NCBI GenBank assembly: GCA_000934665.2 | Contig: JYFJ02002493.1 | Location: forward strand, 1 to 55,922 | Direction of reading: 5' to 3' | Source of the DNA: Catajapyx aquilonaris | Taxonomy: Eukaryota | Length of the DNA stretch: 55,922 bases | The notes under the pieces: generated by a model | Told to the model about the DNA's origin: nothing | The model's database searches: none | The model's input: only the letters and a program-made list of their open reading frames with translations | Position numbers and translations under genes: made by a program | In this document: piece by piece, positions 11,927-25,401 of the stretch | Layout of the letters: every line of letters begins with the position of its first letter | Numbering within the stretch: the first letter of the stretch is position 1

Positions 11927-12327
11927 TATTACGAACATACCGTATATATGCAATGAACAGAGAAAACAATTAAAATATCATTTATGCGGGTAAGTTTATA
12001 TATCAATCCGAATAATGATACACGTTGCACCTATAGACTATGAAGGCTCGGAGACAAAGAGCCACATAACGAGGATAATTCCTCAATAAGAAGATATTTT
12101 GAATTAAATTATATTAAAGTCGATTAATATGCTACTCGTACATCAACGCATATTATAATGTGTCACTGTCCAACAAGGATGGGAACCAGTTAGTTTATGT
12201 ATGCATATTTGAGTTATGCAAAGTTGACAATGAAAAACATGATGGCATGTGCATGAGACACTCAGGTGCACATATCCTACATGTCATAATCATGCTGCCT
12301 TGGCATAACTTCAATATTGTAATAATA

Positions 12328-12520
12328 CAGGGTGGTCGAAAAAGAATGCCCCTATTCTAAAACCCGAGCTATAACTCGAAAACTTGTAGACATAATTATC
12401 TTAATTATTTAAGTTTTAAAATGCTAAGAAAGGTCTCAAGTTTTTTGGTCTCGCCATAGTTAGTTTCAATATGAGCTTCATTTGTCGCTAGGCAGATTAA
12501 AAAGACGGTATTCGGTCTCT
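12328..12520 (-). mobile_element. 3' end of a mariner-like transposon (TIR plus transposase C-terminal remnant)
   Basis: TA|CAGGGTGGTCG terminus. The minus strand reads EYRL..CLATNEAHIE (frameshifted), resembling the insect mariner-like C-terminus 'EYRLDVCRATNGAHIE'. Confidence 0.65.
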
Positions 12521-12550
12521 TGTCAAACCCGCTTAATCTTTTTCTTCATC

Positions 12551-12832
12551 TTTTTTTGTATTACCCCGTGATATGGCCTTGGGCCCTTTTAGGGGGGAGG
12601 GGGGAAGGAGAGATTCTCAATGGAGGGCGCTCATAAATAGCTTTTAGACCCTCTTAAATACCAGACCTTTTCTCTTGGCCCTAGGCAGAGAAGGGAGTGC
12701 AATTCTGCCCAGACATGTCCGGTGAAAAGCGGAAAAAGACCCCCGACGAAGCAAGAGTGACGGGGACGGGATTTGAACCCCGACTTCCAGCTTGGCTGGC
12801 CAGTAGCATAGACACTAGACCACCATGCCCCC
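12551..12832 (-). mobile_element. tRNA-derived SINE
   Basis: Minus-strand head GGGGCATGGTGGTCTAGTG (A box) ... GGGGTTCAAATCCC (B box). 3' tail CCCCTAAAAGGGCCCAAGGCCATATCACGGGGTAAT then A-rich. No TSD found. Confidence 0.75.
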
Positions 12833-13852
12833 TCCCTTGCACTTCACTACTGTAGTGTAAACGACATCGCAAGTAGCTGTCGTACACTCCTTAAATGCTG
12901 TTGCCTAGTTCCTAGCCGTAGCTTAAGTTCCTAAGTACAGTGGCTCGTACCCAAGAGGATCAACCTTCGACTCTTCAGGATAGCCTCGAATGTGACAATC
13001 AAGCAAATGTACAGGAGCTCGTACACAGGATCACGTTGCGAGCAACAACACCCTGCCCATTTAGTTTACGAGCCCCGCAGTAATCATGCCAGTCGATATA
13101 CACCTACATGACGTTCGGCAAAGTGCTAACTGAAGTTATCCCTACAGCATAAGCCAACATCATATTCCAATATGCACAGCCAGTCTACCATATGTATCAT
13201 CGAACACTAGTTTGCGCCACAGTAACCCAAGCCCATATCAAACATTCCTGGCAGCCACTGGAATATAGTCTGCGGACACAAAAAGCCCAAATGGCAATCA
13301 ATGTCTCCTGGTGGCAATCATTCCTGCACTAGTAATTAAGAGGTTTAATCAGCACCAGTTGACCGGACACTCGCTACTGTAGGTGCCAAGATCGATTTTG
13401 CTCCACTAATACTATTACACTCCCTGTAACCAGGCTGATGCTCAAGTAATAGTGCATGGAGTCATTTCATTTTTCACAAGTTATATTTTCCCAGCTGCGA
13501 CTCTTCATACGGAAGGCAAGGCAGGCCCTTATACGGAAATAAAATTACTCGGGTGGTAATCGCGGGCAGGCAGTTATTCCTCGAGACATTAATTGAGTGT
13601 CCCTTAAACTCGGGTTAGGTGACAGTCAGAAAGGTCACCTGTCGTCATTAATAATTCACTTCCGTGAAGGTCAAGTTTTGCTTGCAAGTCGTGCTTCCAA
13701 AGAACTCTAGGCATTTTGTCGTTCAGTCCAGACGGTGACGAAGCTACGTGAGTCCGGTCATGCTTGACGTGGCTTGACGTGGCTAGGACAAACAGGCGAT
13801 AGAATGTGCCATCAAGTTGTCCAGAAAATATTTAAGCGATTTGGTTATGGTA

Positions 13853-13994
13853 CTATGTGGCTCAAATTGTTTTGGCCACTTTATCCTGGTCCTGAAGCAA
13901 CCCTTCACCCAGACACACTTGCTCACCGTGGGGCTTGTGCGAAGGGTTGCTTCAAGACCAGGATAAAGTGCCCAAAACAATTTGAGCCCCATAG
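13853..13994. mobile_element. Palindromic MITE (142 bp), TA-flanked
   Basis: TA|CTATGTGGCTCAAATTGTTTTGG... / ...CCAAAACAATTTGAGCCCCATAG|TA, with arms of about 55 bp. Confidence 0.85.
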
Positions 13995-14655
13995 TACACC
14001 TTTAAGGTTTGAAGACCTCTAGAACATATGAATATGGATTTTCATATTGCAAATGTAAAAACGCTGTTTTTGCTTCCCTCGCCACTCGGATGCCTCTCTG
14101 CACAATTCAGTAATTAAAAAATGGACCAAATATGAAATATTGTAATGCAGAAAATATTATGCTTTTAATCTCCATGCATCTGTAGTATCTCAAGTAATAT
14201 AGGCTAAACTTGAAATTGTACGTTACGTAGGCCTACTGATGAAAAATCATTAATACACGACAAAGCATTGGACCGGACATTTAAAGCAAGTCAAGTGTGT
14301 GAGATATGCAACATCTGCCTGCAACCACGTGTAAGTTTTTAAAAAATGAAAAAAGAAAAAGCCCACAATGCCCCGTTCTCCCACGAGACTTGTCAAGATG
14401 CCTTAAGGAATGTCTACATTTCAGGATAAATGATTGTCAGCACAGGCTTCGGTATAGCGAAGCTGCCGGCGGTATTTCAGGCTCCAAGTTTCATCCGTCA
14501 GTATCTACTGCGTCTTACATGTTGCTCCAACTCTGATCTTAACTGACTTATCGATTGATATCTATATCGTCAGCAACAAGGTATACATATACGTTTGTGA
14601 GTTGCTTGCGAAAGCGGGACAGAAATAACAATGTTTGAAAGACTCCAAACGATAC

Positions 14656-14658
<3 letters not shown>

Positions 14659-14740
<82 letters not shown>

Positions 14741-14983
14741 GATACCCCGTGATAAGCCCCTTGGGCCTCTTAGGGGATCATCTTTTGAATAACCGATTTT
14801 AATCATTTGCCTGTAATGTGATGGATTTTGATAGTGGGAGGAAACGGGAGAACCCCGAGAAAACCCACGCGAACACGGAGAGAACCCATCGAAACTCTAT
14901 CCACACGTCCGATCAGGGGATCGAACTCGGGACCTTAGAGGTGGAAGGCTGCGGTGCTGACCACTCGGCCACCGTGTCTCCCT
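14659..14983 (-). mobile_element. Full-length tRNA-derived SINE with V-domain-like core and (ATT)n tail
   Basis: TSD CAAACGATACAAT at 14646-14658 and 14984-14996. A box TGGCCGAGTGG, B box GAGTTCGATCC. Core GTTCTCTCCGTGTTCGCGTGGGTTTTCTCGGGGTTCTCCCGTTTCCTCCCAC resembles the V-SINE conserved domain. The (AAT)n run at about 14656-14738 is its tail. Confidence 0.9.
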
Positions 14984-16530
14984 CAAACGATACAATGTCA
15001 TATGGGGACATTCTTTTAAAAAAAACATTTCGTGGGATGCATGGTGGGATGTCACATGTATTATTACCTGTTATTATTGTCGGGATCGATTCAAATAATG
15101 GTGTATTTAGTGAATAAAATGTTAGTATTTGACGTCCAATGTATGGATGTAGTACAAGCCATCAAAACTGGCAATAATAGCCTACATATTATGAAACTGA
15201 AATGCACAAATTGCTGTTTAGAAATTCCAACAGCGAATTGCTTAAGTGACCTTAAATGGACTGTAGCAATATTTTTTTTCAAATACTGATAGCAGGAAAT
15301 GTGTTCACTGCCAAGGATAGTCAGTCGTCCACACCATATAAACTACTCCTCTGTGCTCAAGAGGAGGGTAAAAATACCGTTGTATCATGGAACGTAGCAT
15401 GATTTATTGCTTATTTACTGGTAGTAAATGACGTCACCAAAGTCGTAACTATCATAATCTTCAAAAGCCATCTCTCAAAAGTGACGTCACTTTCATGAAA
15501 ACATCCCGCATATTTGCAATGCAAATATTTTTCAAGATTGCACCAACAGGTCAATAAGATGCCCTAATTTTTGAGCATCAGAATGTCACAACTTTTCATT
15601 GACTTTTTCCAGGCTGTACTTACTAAAAGATGTGAACAAAGGGTCATAAATGGAAATATAATCGGGTTTTGTATTGCATGTAGTCTATCTCAGGGTGAAT
15701 GACATGCAAGTGTCAGCATGTAAATAGGGGCAAATATAACTCGGATATTAAATAAATAATGTTATCTGCTTCAGTACATATTTATTGATATCAATTAATT
15801 ATAAAGTTTTCTATATTTGGAATATGATGGGGCATTCGCATGTTCCTCCCATCTTTCACACATATCTGCAATTTAATATTTTAAGTCAATGGTGTCGTTG
15901 CCTTTCCAGGAGAAAGATTGATTGAACTAAAGTCACATTTTCATGAATATGGCTAGTACTTTCCACAGACAACCCACAGATAAGAAAAACTGAGCTCGTA
16001 ATATGGTATGTTCCAGTTGAAGTGGTTCGTGATTATTTTACACTAAGCTCCTTAAAAAGTAATGCTTAGAGGTTATAAAACTGGCTTCTAATATTAGGTT
16101 AAATGGAAGCCTCCCGCAAGACCATTAATATCAATCGTGGCATTGCCAATCATTTTGACTCATTCGCATCTGAGGTCAATAGAACCCATTTTTTGCAGGC
16201 TAAGCCCCCGGTGTATTAGTTTAAAAATAATGGTTCAATCCAACCTAAAATTAGCACCAAACATTGACACACTGTTCCAAAGTTATTATTGAAAAAATTA
16301 GCTGCTTAGCAATGAGTTAAATGGATATTATTTTAACAACTGACATTTACATATTTCAATAAATCCAGCTGTCCTCTGACATTGCTATAATACCGATGCC
16401 ACTTGTTTCATCCGAAGATCAGACAGTAACAAGAATGTCGTGCATATCCACACGTAGATAGTGGAATAGAAAGAGCGACAGTAGTCTACAACTAGTGGAA
16501 GCTGGTTAGCAATAGTGGCGCCAGGGCGGC

Positions 16531-17426
16531 TCTGAACGTGCCGACGATAGGCTCGGCCATGATAGGCTGGGTCCCAGGGTCCCCTCCCACCTCCCCATAC
16601 CCCGTTGCCTTGGATTGGCCCAAGCGAGTCGCAGACTAAGCAGCTTTTGGCACAAGCAAAGCACGAGCAGGTCCAGTCGAGTCGCTGGTCAGGTCGCTCT
16701 TCTAGTCAGGTTAAGGGCATATAAGGGGGAGTGCAATCCAAGCACAGGTGCTAGTCATGGGGGTGACACTCAAGTCAGAGGTCAACTCTACCCATCGGTT
16801 ACACACCAGATAGAAGACCCAAGAGGAGGAAAGAGGACCACCTCTTGTTTTGGGTGTTTGTTTGCTGGTAGCCGAAGATGGTCCTCTGAGGGGAAGCGCA
16901 CTTTAGGACACCCCTCCAGTCAGGGGGTCAACCGGTAAGTCAACCGGCAGTGTCTCTTGACCGGGTGTTGGGAGTAACACGTGTGCAGTCCCACGTGCTT
17001 CTTCAATGGGACTGGGAGTGAAATCTTCCGGATTGGATTGGAAATTCCCGAGAGGATGTTGAATGTCCCGCGGATACCGGTTCCTTTTTGTTTCCAATAG
17101 CCGACCGTCAATCGGCCAGACATTTGTATCCAAAAAAAAGGGGGGGGAAATTGGAGTAAAAAAGAAAGTTGGGGGTGGTCTTGTCTGCCTCCGACTCTGG
17201 ATCGAACTCAATTTCCGCCAATGCGACTTTCCGTGACTCGTGGATTTCCTCTTCAAACCGGATTTTCCCTCTGAAAATGTATCGATCCTTTGGCCACCCC
17301 CGGTTCTGTGGATAATAAGGGGCGCACAGGGGCGTGGAACCGATGGCCACAACCGTCCACAGATGGCATCGGTGAAACGCAAATCGGCTTTGGCCACCCC
17401 TCTCATTAATCGGGGGGCGGTTCACA
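16531..17426 (+). mobile_element. Possible solo LTR-like segment
   Basis: GC-richer block of about 900 bp bounded by TCTGAAC...GTTCACA (imperfect TG..CA inverted ends), with internal TATAAG near 16720. No TSD seen. Confidence 0.3.
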
Positions 17427-20386
17427 GATAATGAATGAGAGAGAAAAAAAAATCGTGTTTAGAACCACGCCCCGCCCACTCCCTGCCAAAAGAACCTGCC
17501 AATATATTGTTAAGGAAGAATAGACTAATGGCCCTCGTTTTCGGAGGGAGCTATGAGGTGGCTGTTGCTTCTCTGCTCAATTAGGCTGTCAACACGCCCA
17601 AAGTCAAGGCCTGAATCTTTCAAAAACCGCGCGCCAATAACGCCCACACTTTCCTCGAATAAAACCGAACTTTGCCAAGCCAAACTCAAAAAAAATTAGG
17701 GGGGCCAAAAATAAAAGCTAGTTTGACCCCCCCAAAAAATGAGTCTAGTCAGGATCTTTTTTGAACAAAAGTGTTTCCAAAAAAAGAAGGCGAATAGTAA
17801 ATCCGTTCCACCACGATTTCTAACAGCGAAGCACCACCTCTGACATGTTAGAAATTGGCTGGAGATCAACTTTTTGGGGGGAAAAGAGAACCAATAGGTT
17901 CAGCCAAGAGGACGCCTTGTATATACACCCCCTTTTGTCTGGTGCCGCCAAAATTGCTCTCGCCCACAGAAAAATGACAAGCGAATCTTTGGGTCTATGA
18001 AATCCAATGATCTATGCCCTTTATTTGTGAAAAAAATAAATTGGTCGCGGTTTCGGACGCCATTTGGTGTTTGATATGCTATTTATAAACAAGAGGTTTT
18101 CCACGCAGACTTTTCTGCGCAAATTTGGCAAAATATATTTTAATGGGCCGACTATGCGAGGTCCACTTAGCATGTAACTAATGCTAGTGAAGCGTGACTA
18201 AGTGCATTTAACTAGAGCCTGGTTCACAAGCCTGCGGGTGTCGCTGCAGTTGGTTAGCGGGCCCGCTTGACAAGTGAAGCGACCATCTCCGGCTTTACAG
18301 ACGCCAGCGATTTTACAACTGGCTAGCTCGCTGTTGAGATATTCTCATAGAGGAATTTCTTAGAAGATGTGTACATTGGAAGCTGATGTTCGGACCTCAA
18401 AGGAAGTTTGCCTCCTAAATATAAAGAGAGCATTTCCAAAGTGTGCCATTTTCTCTCGACCCAAGTTTAGTTTATGGGCAGATGTTGCTGTTGTTTACGT
18501 TACCGAGAGCATAAACTTTAGGTCCGGGTGGAACTTACGCGCACTTTGGAGATAAGTAAAAATGGCGTTTTCTTTCACTTGCTGGCCGGAAAAGAGTCGT
18601 AGTCTATAGTTGCGTATGTTTTTACCATTTTGGCAACATTTTTTGGGGGGGCATTTGATTCACAAAATCTAAGTTAGATTTTGTTTTATGATATGTCGAC
18701 GTCCGATTGTCGCATGAACAACTTTGATGTATCGCGTGTCGCAGCTTTCTGTCAGAATTGCTGTCGACACATTCAAGCTTTGACAGTCATATTATTTTCA
18801 ACGCCGACATCATGTAAACAAAATATGTCAGCATTACGAAGCCATTGAGGATTTTTTTTGCACTTGTAGTTTGAAAAATCCGGGAACATGAATGAAATAT
18901 GCTGCTATACAAGTCACTTTTTATACGGTTTTTTTTTGCCACAACGTTTCTGATATTCAGCCAAATATTCATAATTTCAAAGGGTTCCAGGTATAATGAA
19001 TTAATCCGAAGCTCGTGACAGTCAAGTATGATAGTATCAACATTATATACTGCCAAAAATTCCCGTATGAGTCATGAGTGACACTTACTGCATTATTAGA
19101 AGATGCCATAGCAATGGGATAAGAAGGAGTCGGAGGTTATGAGAATTAGATATGAAAAGGGGGCAAAATACCTTGCTCGAATCATTAATGTCGCACACAT
19201 CGGCGAACATATCAGTGGGACATGCACTGTAGATGCCTCCTTAATGGAAGCCATCACGACATTTTATCAATTATACCTGTGTCATCAAGCACGATATGTC
19301 GCGTCGGTACTGACTTATCTATAAAGTTACTCTACCATTTAATGCTAACATGCTTTTTACCAAAGCAGAGTGACCATGGTAACTTTAGTCAACGCTTAAA
19401 AGTCACAGGTGATAGGATAGAATACGACGAAGCGGTACGTGGTAATGTGTCTTGGCAACAGCATTGTATGCGACAAAGTGGAAGGCGACGAGGTATTTGG
19501 GGATCAACGAAAGTAGAGAGAGCAAAAATATCCTGAAGTATACAGAATCTGTCCTCTCTCTGTCTAGTCGAGTAGTTCAGGGGCACTCCCCTGGAAAATT
19601 GATGCAATTAAGGCTGAATTTTGCTTCCAAATGTTTGGCAAAGATGACGCTGATCCAGGAGAAAGGGAAATTTTTTGAAAGAGGACAATGTACTCGCAGA
19701 CGATGGAGCGGAGATGAGCCTTCCACCTACGTTACGCTGGTAGGAGTGCCTGACGCTATCGTGACGGATCGTGACAGTCACTCTCAAAAGGCGTTCCGTT
19801 AGCATTTCCCTTACTTATCATATATTTAAATTTGAAATAGTGTTAGTTTTCATGTTATATGTTGCCTTCCACAAAAATTAATATTACACCAAATAGCGGC
19901 AGTGACTTCTGAAGCTTCTAACAAACCGACCAGTTTCTTCTCTCGTACCGTTTTAAACTTGACAGCGATAAAGTGCCCTCAATGGAAGTTGAAGGATACA
20001 CTTTTAGGCCAACCAATCAGGCTCCCTTCCCTCCTGAAGTCCTCTCACTTCTTCTGAGAGAACCGTGTTCTGAAAATTTCTTGGTGTCATTGTTAATTCT
20101 AACGTCTAACCGCAAACTCTTTGCAGCTGTGCCAAAGCGGAAACAACTTCGTGAATCTGGCGTATACATATTTGCGTAAATCCAGATAGATCCGTATAAA
20201 CCCTCCACAAATCCTCTAGAACTCCCCAATAAATCTCCATAAATAACAACCCCGATGTGGCCTACACTTAATCAATTGTTTCTCCCTATAAATATGCTTA
20301 TTGCCATTCTCAGATATTCATGGTAGTAAGACTATCCGAAGTTTCTAAAGTGTATTTTAATATGGACGAATAATAGAGTCTGGAGA

Positions 20387-20623
20387 CAGGGGCGGATCCA
20401 GGGGGGGGGGGGGGNTGGCTCGGAAGAAAAGAAAAAAACGGGGGGGGGGGGGAACTCGCAAAAATCCTCTAGAACAGTGCAAAATTCCACTGTTCTATGG
20501 GTTCTTTTCCTTCTTGCCTCAAATTTGGGGTCGCGAGGAAGGGTTGTGACCTTGAACCGGAAAAAAATTCGCCTGCGGCAGGCCCTGTGCCCTCCCTAGA
20601 AAAACTTGCTGGATCCGCCACTG
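20387..20623. mobile_element. hAT-type MITE
   Basis: TIRs CAGGGGCGGATCCAG / CTGGATCCGCCACTG. 8-bp TSD TCTGGAGA at 20379-20386 and 20624-20631. Confidence 0.92.
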
Positions 20624-23136
20624 TCTGGAGAACATACTGGTTCCGTACTTATTTGTTCAGAATTTGTTATGATTCACAAGCAAAACACTCAAAAAGTACA
20701 CTGTGATGTTACTTCGTCCAGAATGCTTCTTCTGACAATATAGTAAGTTATTTAGAATGACATCTGCAAGTAAAAATGAAATGAATGTCACTATTGTGAT
20801 TCCATTTCTACTGTGGTGGTAGTAATTGGCATTTTTCATTAGCGTGGTTTAAAAAGTGGAAAGCAACATTCTCTTCTTTTCTCTTTTTAATAGCTTATAA
20901 TAATCCGGCAGGGATTTCAAAACTGGGCCTTTGTCAACTTATAGAACAAAGAGATATAAGAGCAGAGATTCTAGGGTCAGAATAGGGAGATTTATTATTT
21001 TCCCCATTTATTATAGAAATAATTTCTCTTCATTTTCAAAAGAACACGAATATTGTTGCACAGCAACGGGGAAAAGGAAGATGAGACTATTGACACCCAC
21101 GTTGTCTTGATCTAGCCAGGATTTTTGGTGTAGTGTAAATTCAGGTCAATCCTATGGATTGTCTCGGCACACCACTTTGCCTATAGTGGACGTCCGAATA
21201 GAATTTGCACAATTTACGACACGGGTGGAACTTTCCGAAAGGTAAGGCCTGCTGCAGGACCTACATGATAATTTAATGTGTGCAGGTATATTGGCATTGT
21301 TATATTTAGACTGTTATGCAAGCCCGTCAAATATTGTTAAATTAAATATTATTGTCATGCAATAGTCCACAAAATGGAAATACAGTAAAGTCCATAAATC
21401 AACGGAAACGGGATGGCCTGTGCAAAATCACAAATGGCAAGTAGTGGTCATACCAATATTAGAGTACGTTCCAGACAAGGCTGCCAGTGTATTAGCGTAG
21501 ACCTACAGGAAGGGCATCAACCAGAATCATCTAAAGCTCGCTAATTCTTCTCAAGTGTGGGACGTAGCAACTAATAAGGGGTTGCGTGATCGATAGTAAA
21601 TAAAAAACTAGTTGTTTTTAATTTACTAGGACTATCAGTCACATAATGTACCCTAAATGCAATGGCCTGGGGGTATTTCCTTCCTATTTATTTTTAAAAT
21701 GATAATTACCAGTTGCAATTTTAAAGTGCCAAAAGCGGTCAGGTTGTTTTAGGAATGTCTGTTTTAAAATAAAGTGAGGCAAACATGACACCGATAATTC
21801 AAGAAATATATTAACCCCGATTAACCTTTTCCTGACTGACACTACGTCACATTAGTCATATGAAGGTTGCTTGATTAATAATGACGTATGGCTTGATTTA
21901 TTTGCATGAGGTTTGAGCAAATCATTCAAAGCGACAGTATACTGTACGAGGTATATGCTGGTCAATAAATCACTTGCATTGTCTTCAGATTATTTCAATA
22001 TGCAGGTTAATTAAGGAATAATTGAAGCAATGTGTTCCTTCCTAATTGCACATGGCACAATATATTTCTAATTAGGTGGGTAAAATATTTTTTATTAGCA
22101 GGGTCCAGCTTTCCACCTGAAATATCTACATTTGTTGGAGATTTTAGGCCCGAAGTTATTTTAAGCAGTTAATTTTGAAGAGTTGCTTTCAGTCGTTATT
22201 CAAAGTAGATACATATTAGCTGACACTAGTATTAGATTACGCAGGGGTCATCTTTTTTAGCACGTGCAAAAAATGGGTTAACATCATTGATATTTGATGC
22301 CAATTGCTCCAATGAAAATTCATTGCAATTCAGACATTGGCTAGGAGATTAATTCAGTTAGACCTAATATTAGGAGCTACTACTTTTAATAACCACTAAC
22401 AATACCTATTCAAAAGTAACTACCTCAGTGCCAAATATAGCTAACCACTAGGGAAATTTCAAGTGAAACGCCCTGTGTATACTGACTGTGAGGGGCAATT
22501 TTCCGTGGATAAAAGCTAAGCTGTGAAACTTGCTTGATACTATAGGATTTTGTTCACTATATAGTCCCCCTGAGCTGTTATAATTTTATAGGTAGTAATA
22601 GCTACAAAAATGACGAATAAGTTCATTTTGGTGCCTTCGGCTGGCCTCAAGATACATGCTTCTTGTTTGAAGTTTCAACCAAGATAATGAACTTACTGGG
22701 TTGTCAAACAATGCTAACTTCGCAATGGAAACGCCTAGAGATATGAGAGTGTCTACCAACAAGGAGAGATATAATATAAGGATTTTGAACAGGGTTGGCA
22801 TGCTAATATTATTATTCCTGCACATGTCAACACCGCAGTGTAATATGTTATAATCCACCACAAATTGACGGGATGGAACACTCTTTCCGAATAACTATTC
22901 ATGCGTTCACACTATGATCAGTATGACCGTACAGATTGATAGGTACTCGTAATGGCCTTTCTGGCTTGTTACCCTTTAACCTGGGCTACACGGTGTAGTG
23001 ATTCATTCCATTTCATAACCCCAGCCACTGAGTGCCTGCCGATTGACTAGATGAAACGGCTAATTTACCTAATTAGTATACTCTCCAGTGCTTTTGGCGG
23101 CGAGATGTATCTGCGGTTGTGCCAATTCGCTCTATC

Positions 23137-23143
23137 TATAAAA
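23137..23143 (+). promoter_or_regulatory. TATA box (TATAAAA) followed by an A/C-rich leader and a possible splice donor at 23206
   Basis: Consensus TATA, then ...CACAGACACAAACCAAACTATTACAA...CTG|GTAAC. May link to the acceptor at 23819. Confidence 0.35.
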
Positions 23144-23786
23144 CAACGCACTTTTGGCCAGTCCCATTTTTCACAGACACAAACCAAACTATTACAAGTA
23201 TTCTGGTAACAAATTGCTCCTAGGGCTCCGAGTCATATATTTTCGCGGAAATAGCGCATCGCCTCAGTGCAAAAAAAAAAAAAAAACTGGGGAGTTACCA
23301 TGAACGCAATAACACCATTGTTCGAGCGAAAATTCTTCTTAGATGACATGCAAAAATCGAATCACTCCGGCTGCAGTCTCAACCTATTTATTGTCATGTA
23401 CCGCTGAACACTCAGGATTGGAAAGGGAATAGCATTAGGCAAAATCGACGTCCTTGGGTATATAGGCAAAGTGTCTTTCAATTCCCGTGAGAAAATCCGG
23501 CAGAGCGGCATCGGGCTGTGTGCAAATTTGAACGCTCTCACTGCAACGCAAATTGCACCTTCTAGACTGGTATGATTTTCCCCTGCTTGTTTAGCCAAGT
23601 GGAATCGGCTTTCAAAAGGTCTACCTATTATCAGCCGCACTTGGCATAACAATATGCAAACAGACTGCCCAGCAGAGGCCCAACTTCAAATTGCTTTCAT
23701 TCACCTAATATTCTAGAGTCTGGGTATTATCCGATTGTTATTATATGTTGTCTTCCAGCATTTCACAGCCAATAATAGTTTGGCAA

Positions 23787-24092
23787 ATGCACTATCTTTC
23801 TGCACTGTACCTGCTGCAGGGAGCGGGGAATCTTCTTACAGCTCTTTTTCTCGCGCTTCTTATTTTTGCGATGGAGACTTGCCAAACGAAATTCTGCGAC
23901 AAACTCCTACATGACTTTGCAGAGAAAAACCAGACTCTTGAACGAAGCAAATGAGAGGTAGACAGAGTGAGGCGGCTTTGCAATTACGGTGTTGTGCCTC
24001 TGCACGCCATTTCGCACCGTTCATGCATTCATCACGCTGTAGTAGTCCGGATAATTATGTTATTCTCCACTACAACATTCCCGCCCCTGTAA
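23787..24092 (+). pseudogene. Candidate secreted prepropeptide with an in-frame TGA
   Basis: One frame reads (MHYLSALYLLQ)GAGNLLTALFLALLIFAMETCQTKFCDKLLHDFAEKNQTLERSK*EVDRVRRLCNYGVVPLHAISHRSCIHH...FPPL*. Signal-like core, RVRR furin site, AATAAA at 24140-24145. Confidence 0.45.
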
Positions 24093-25401
24093 ATAATAGT
24101 CTGTGTGGAAAACACTCGAATTTGGCCAGAATATCATCAAATAAAATATTAGTTTGCTTATACGATGTCATTTTAGCATATGTGGTGTGGATGTACTGTA
24201 TCCACGAGAATAGCTGATTACCTGTAATATTCAGCTATGACCACATTAACTTGTCATCGACCTTGCGACCATTATTGTTATAAGCACATACTGATTTTTA
24301 ATAACATTAATTTATTATGCATCACCCTTTAACAATTTCTTGCAAGTATCAGACCATTTCTTCATATATACAGTAGGCTACTTGTAATTTAGCCACTTTA
24401 TGTAGTGTGTGAGCCGTAGGCAAAATACTACACTGTCTAATAATGAGCCGAGGCATCAGATGAAAAATAGCATGAAACTTGTTAATCTGGAAGAGTGAAC
24501 CTTAATTTAACATACTTAATAAAAGCACGCCAACAAAACCTGCTCATCCGTTTTTTTTCCACATCCATTCTCCTCACACAACACACGCACAAGAATTTGG
24601 ACTGCGGCTATAGTATACATATAGTTTATCCACACTGCATAGTACATACTTTCGCTCGACTGTAGTACTCCTATCCAGTGATATTTTTTATAGGAATCGG
24701 TGCTCTTGAAGCTATACTGTACCGAGCCGGTTTATAACGATGACAATTGAAAATGGTCGCAATTTTTCCCGATTTATTCGTACAGAGAGCTTCTTCTTGC
24801 AGCGCTGCTAAGTGCCGCTTAAGGCGATTTATTTTTATTGCCAACACTGGTGTATAGGACGTCATCAGTCACATCCCTTGGCATCATGCCGCGTTTAAAA
24901 AAATTTGGATGAACAAAAGTTAGCCTGCAGAGAAATAAGTGAATCATCGATATACTCAGGAGCGACACTTTCTCAATCCTGTAAAGTGCACGCATTCAAC
25001 GATCAGCTCAAGGAACCATGAAATGAAGGATCAATACTCCTAGTGTGTCATGGGAAATAAGACCTGCTTCTCCCATCACATCAACTGCAAAACTACCTTA
25101 CACAGTATACTGAAGTTGTCACAAGACTCCGGTGCAATATCGCGTCAAAATGCAAATTCGCTCTCCCATTTTGTTCGCCCAACTCGAAAAACGTTGGCGT
25201 GACGTGCAGTGTATTCTATTGACAATAGACCATATCCTCGCTATTTTTTTGCGTCGTATCGGATATTTTGCGGCATCACGCCATATAATTACCGCAATAC
25301 TAACACAATGCTACGTAATTCGATATAATGAATGTCAAATATAATAATGAAGCAGTCCGCTTACAGGCTCGCTTCCATCAGTGTCAAACCATGCAAATCG
25401 C

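Noticed and set aside
11341..11973. Longest ORF (210 aa)
   Set aside because: It spans a SINE fragment and a palindromic MITE, so it is a chance open frame.
14570..14806. Poly-Tyr ORF (likewise the poly-Tyr/poly-Ile ORFs at 32855-33079 and 37606-37892)
   Set aside because: These are translations of (AAT)n microsatellites.
16903..17406. 167-aa minus-strand ORF
   Set aside because: It has no recognisable domain and lies in a GC-rich LTR-like block with homopolymer runs.
22697..22801. Signal-like exon MPTLFKILILYLSLLVDTLISLG... with a GTAAGT donor (-)
   Set aside because: No downstream acceptor gives a convincing product, and hydrophobic runs are common by chance in T-rich DNA.
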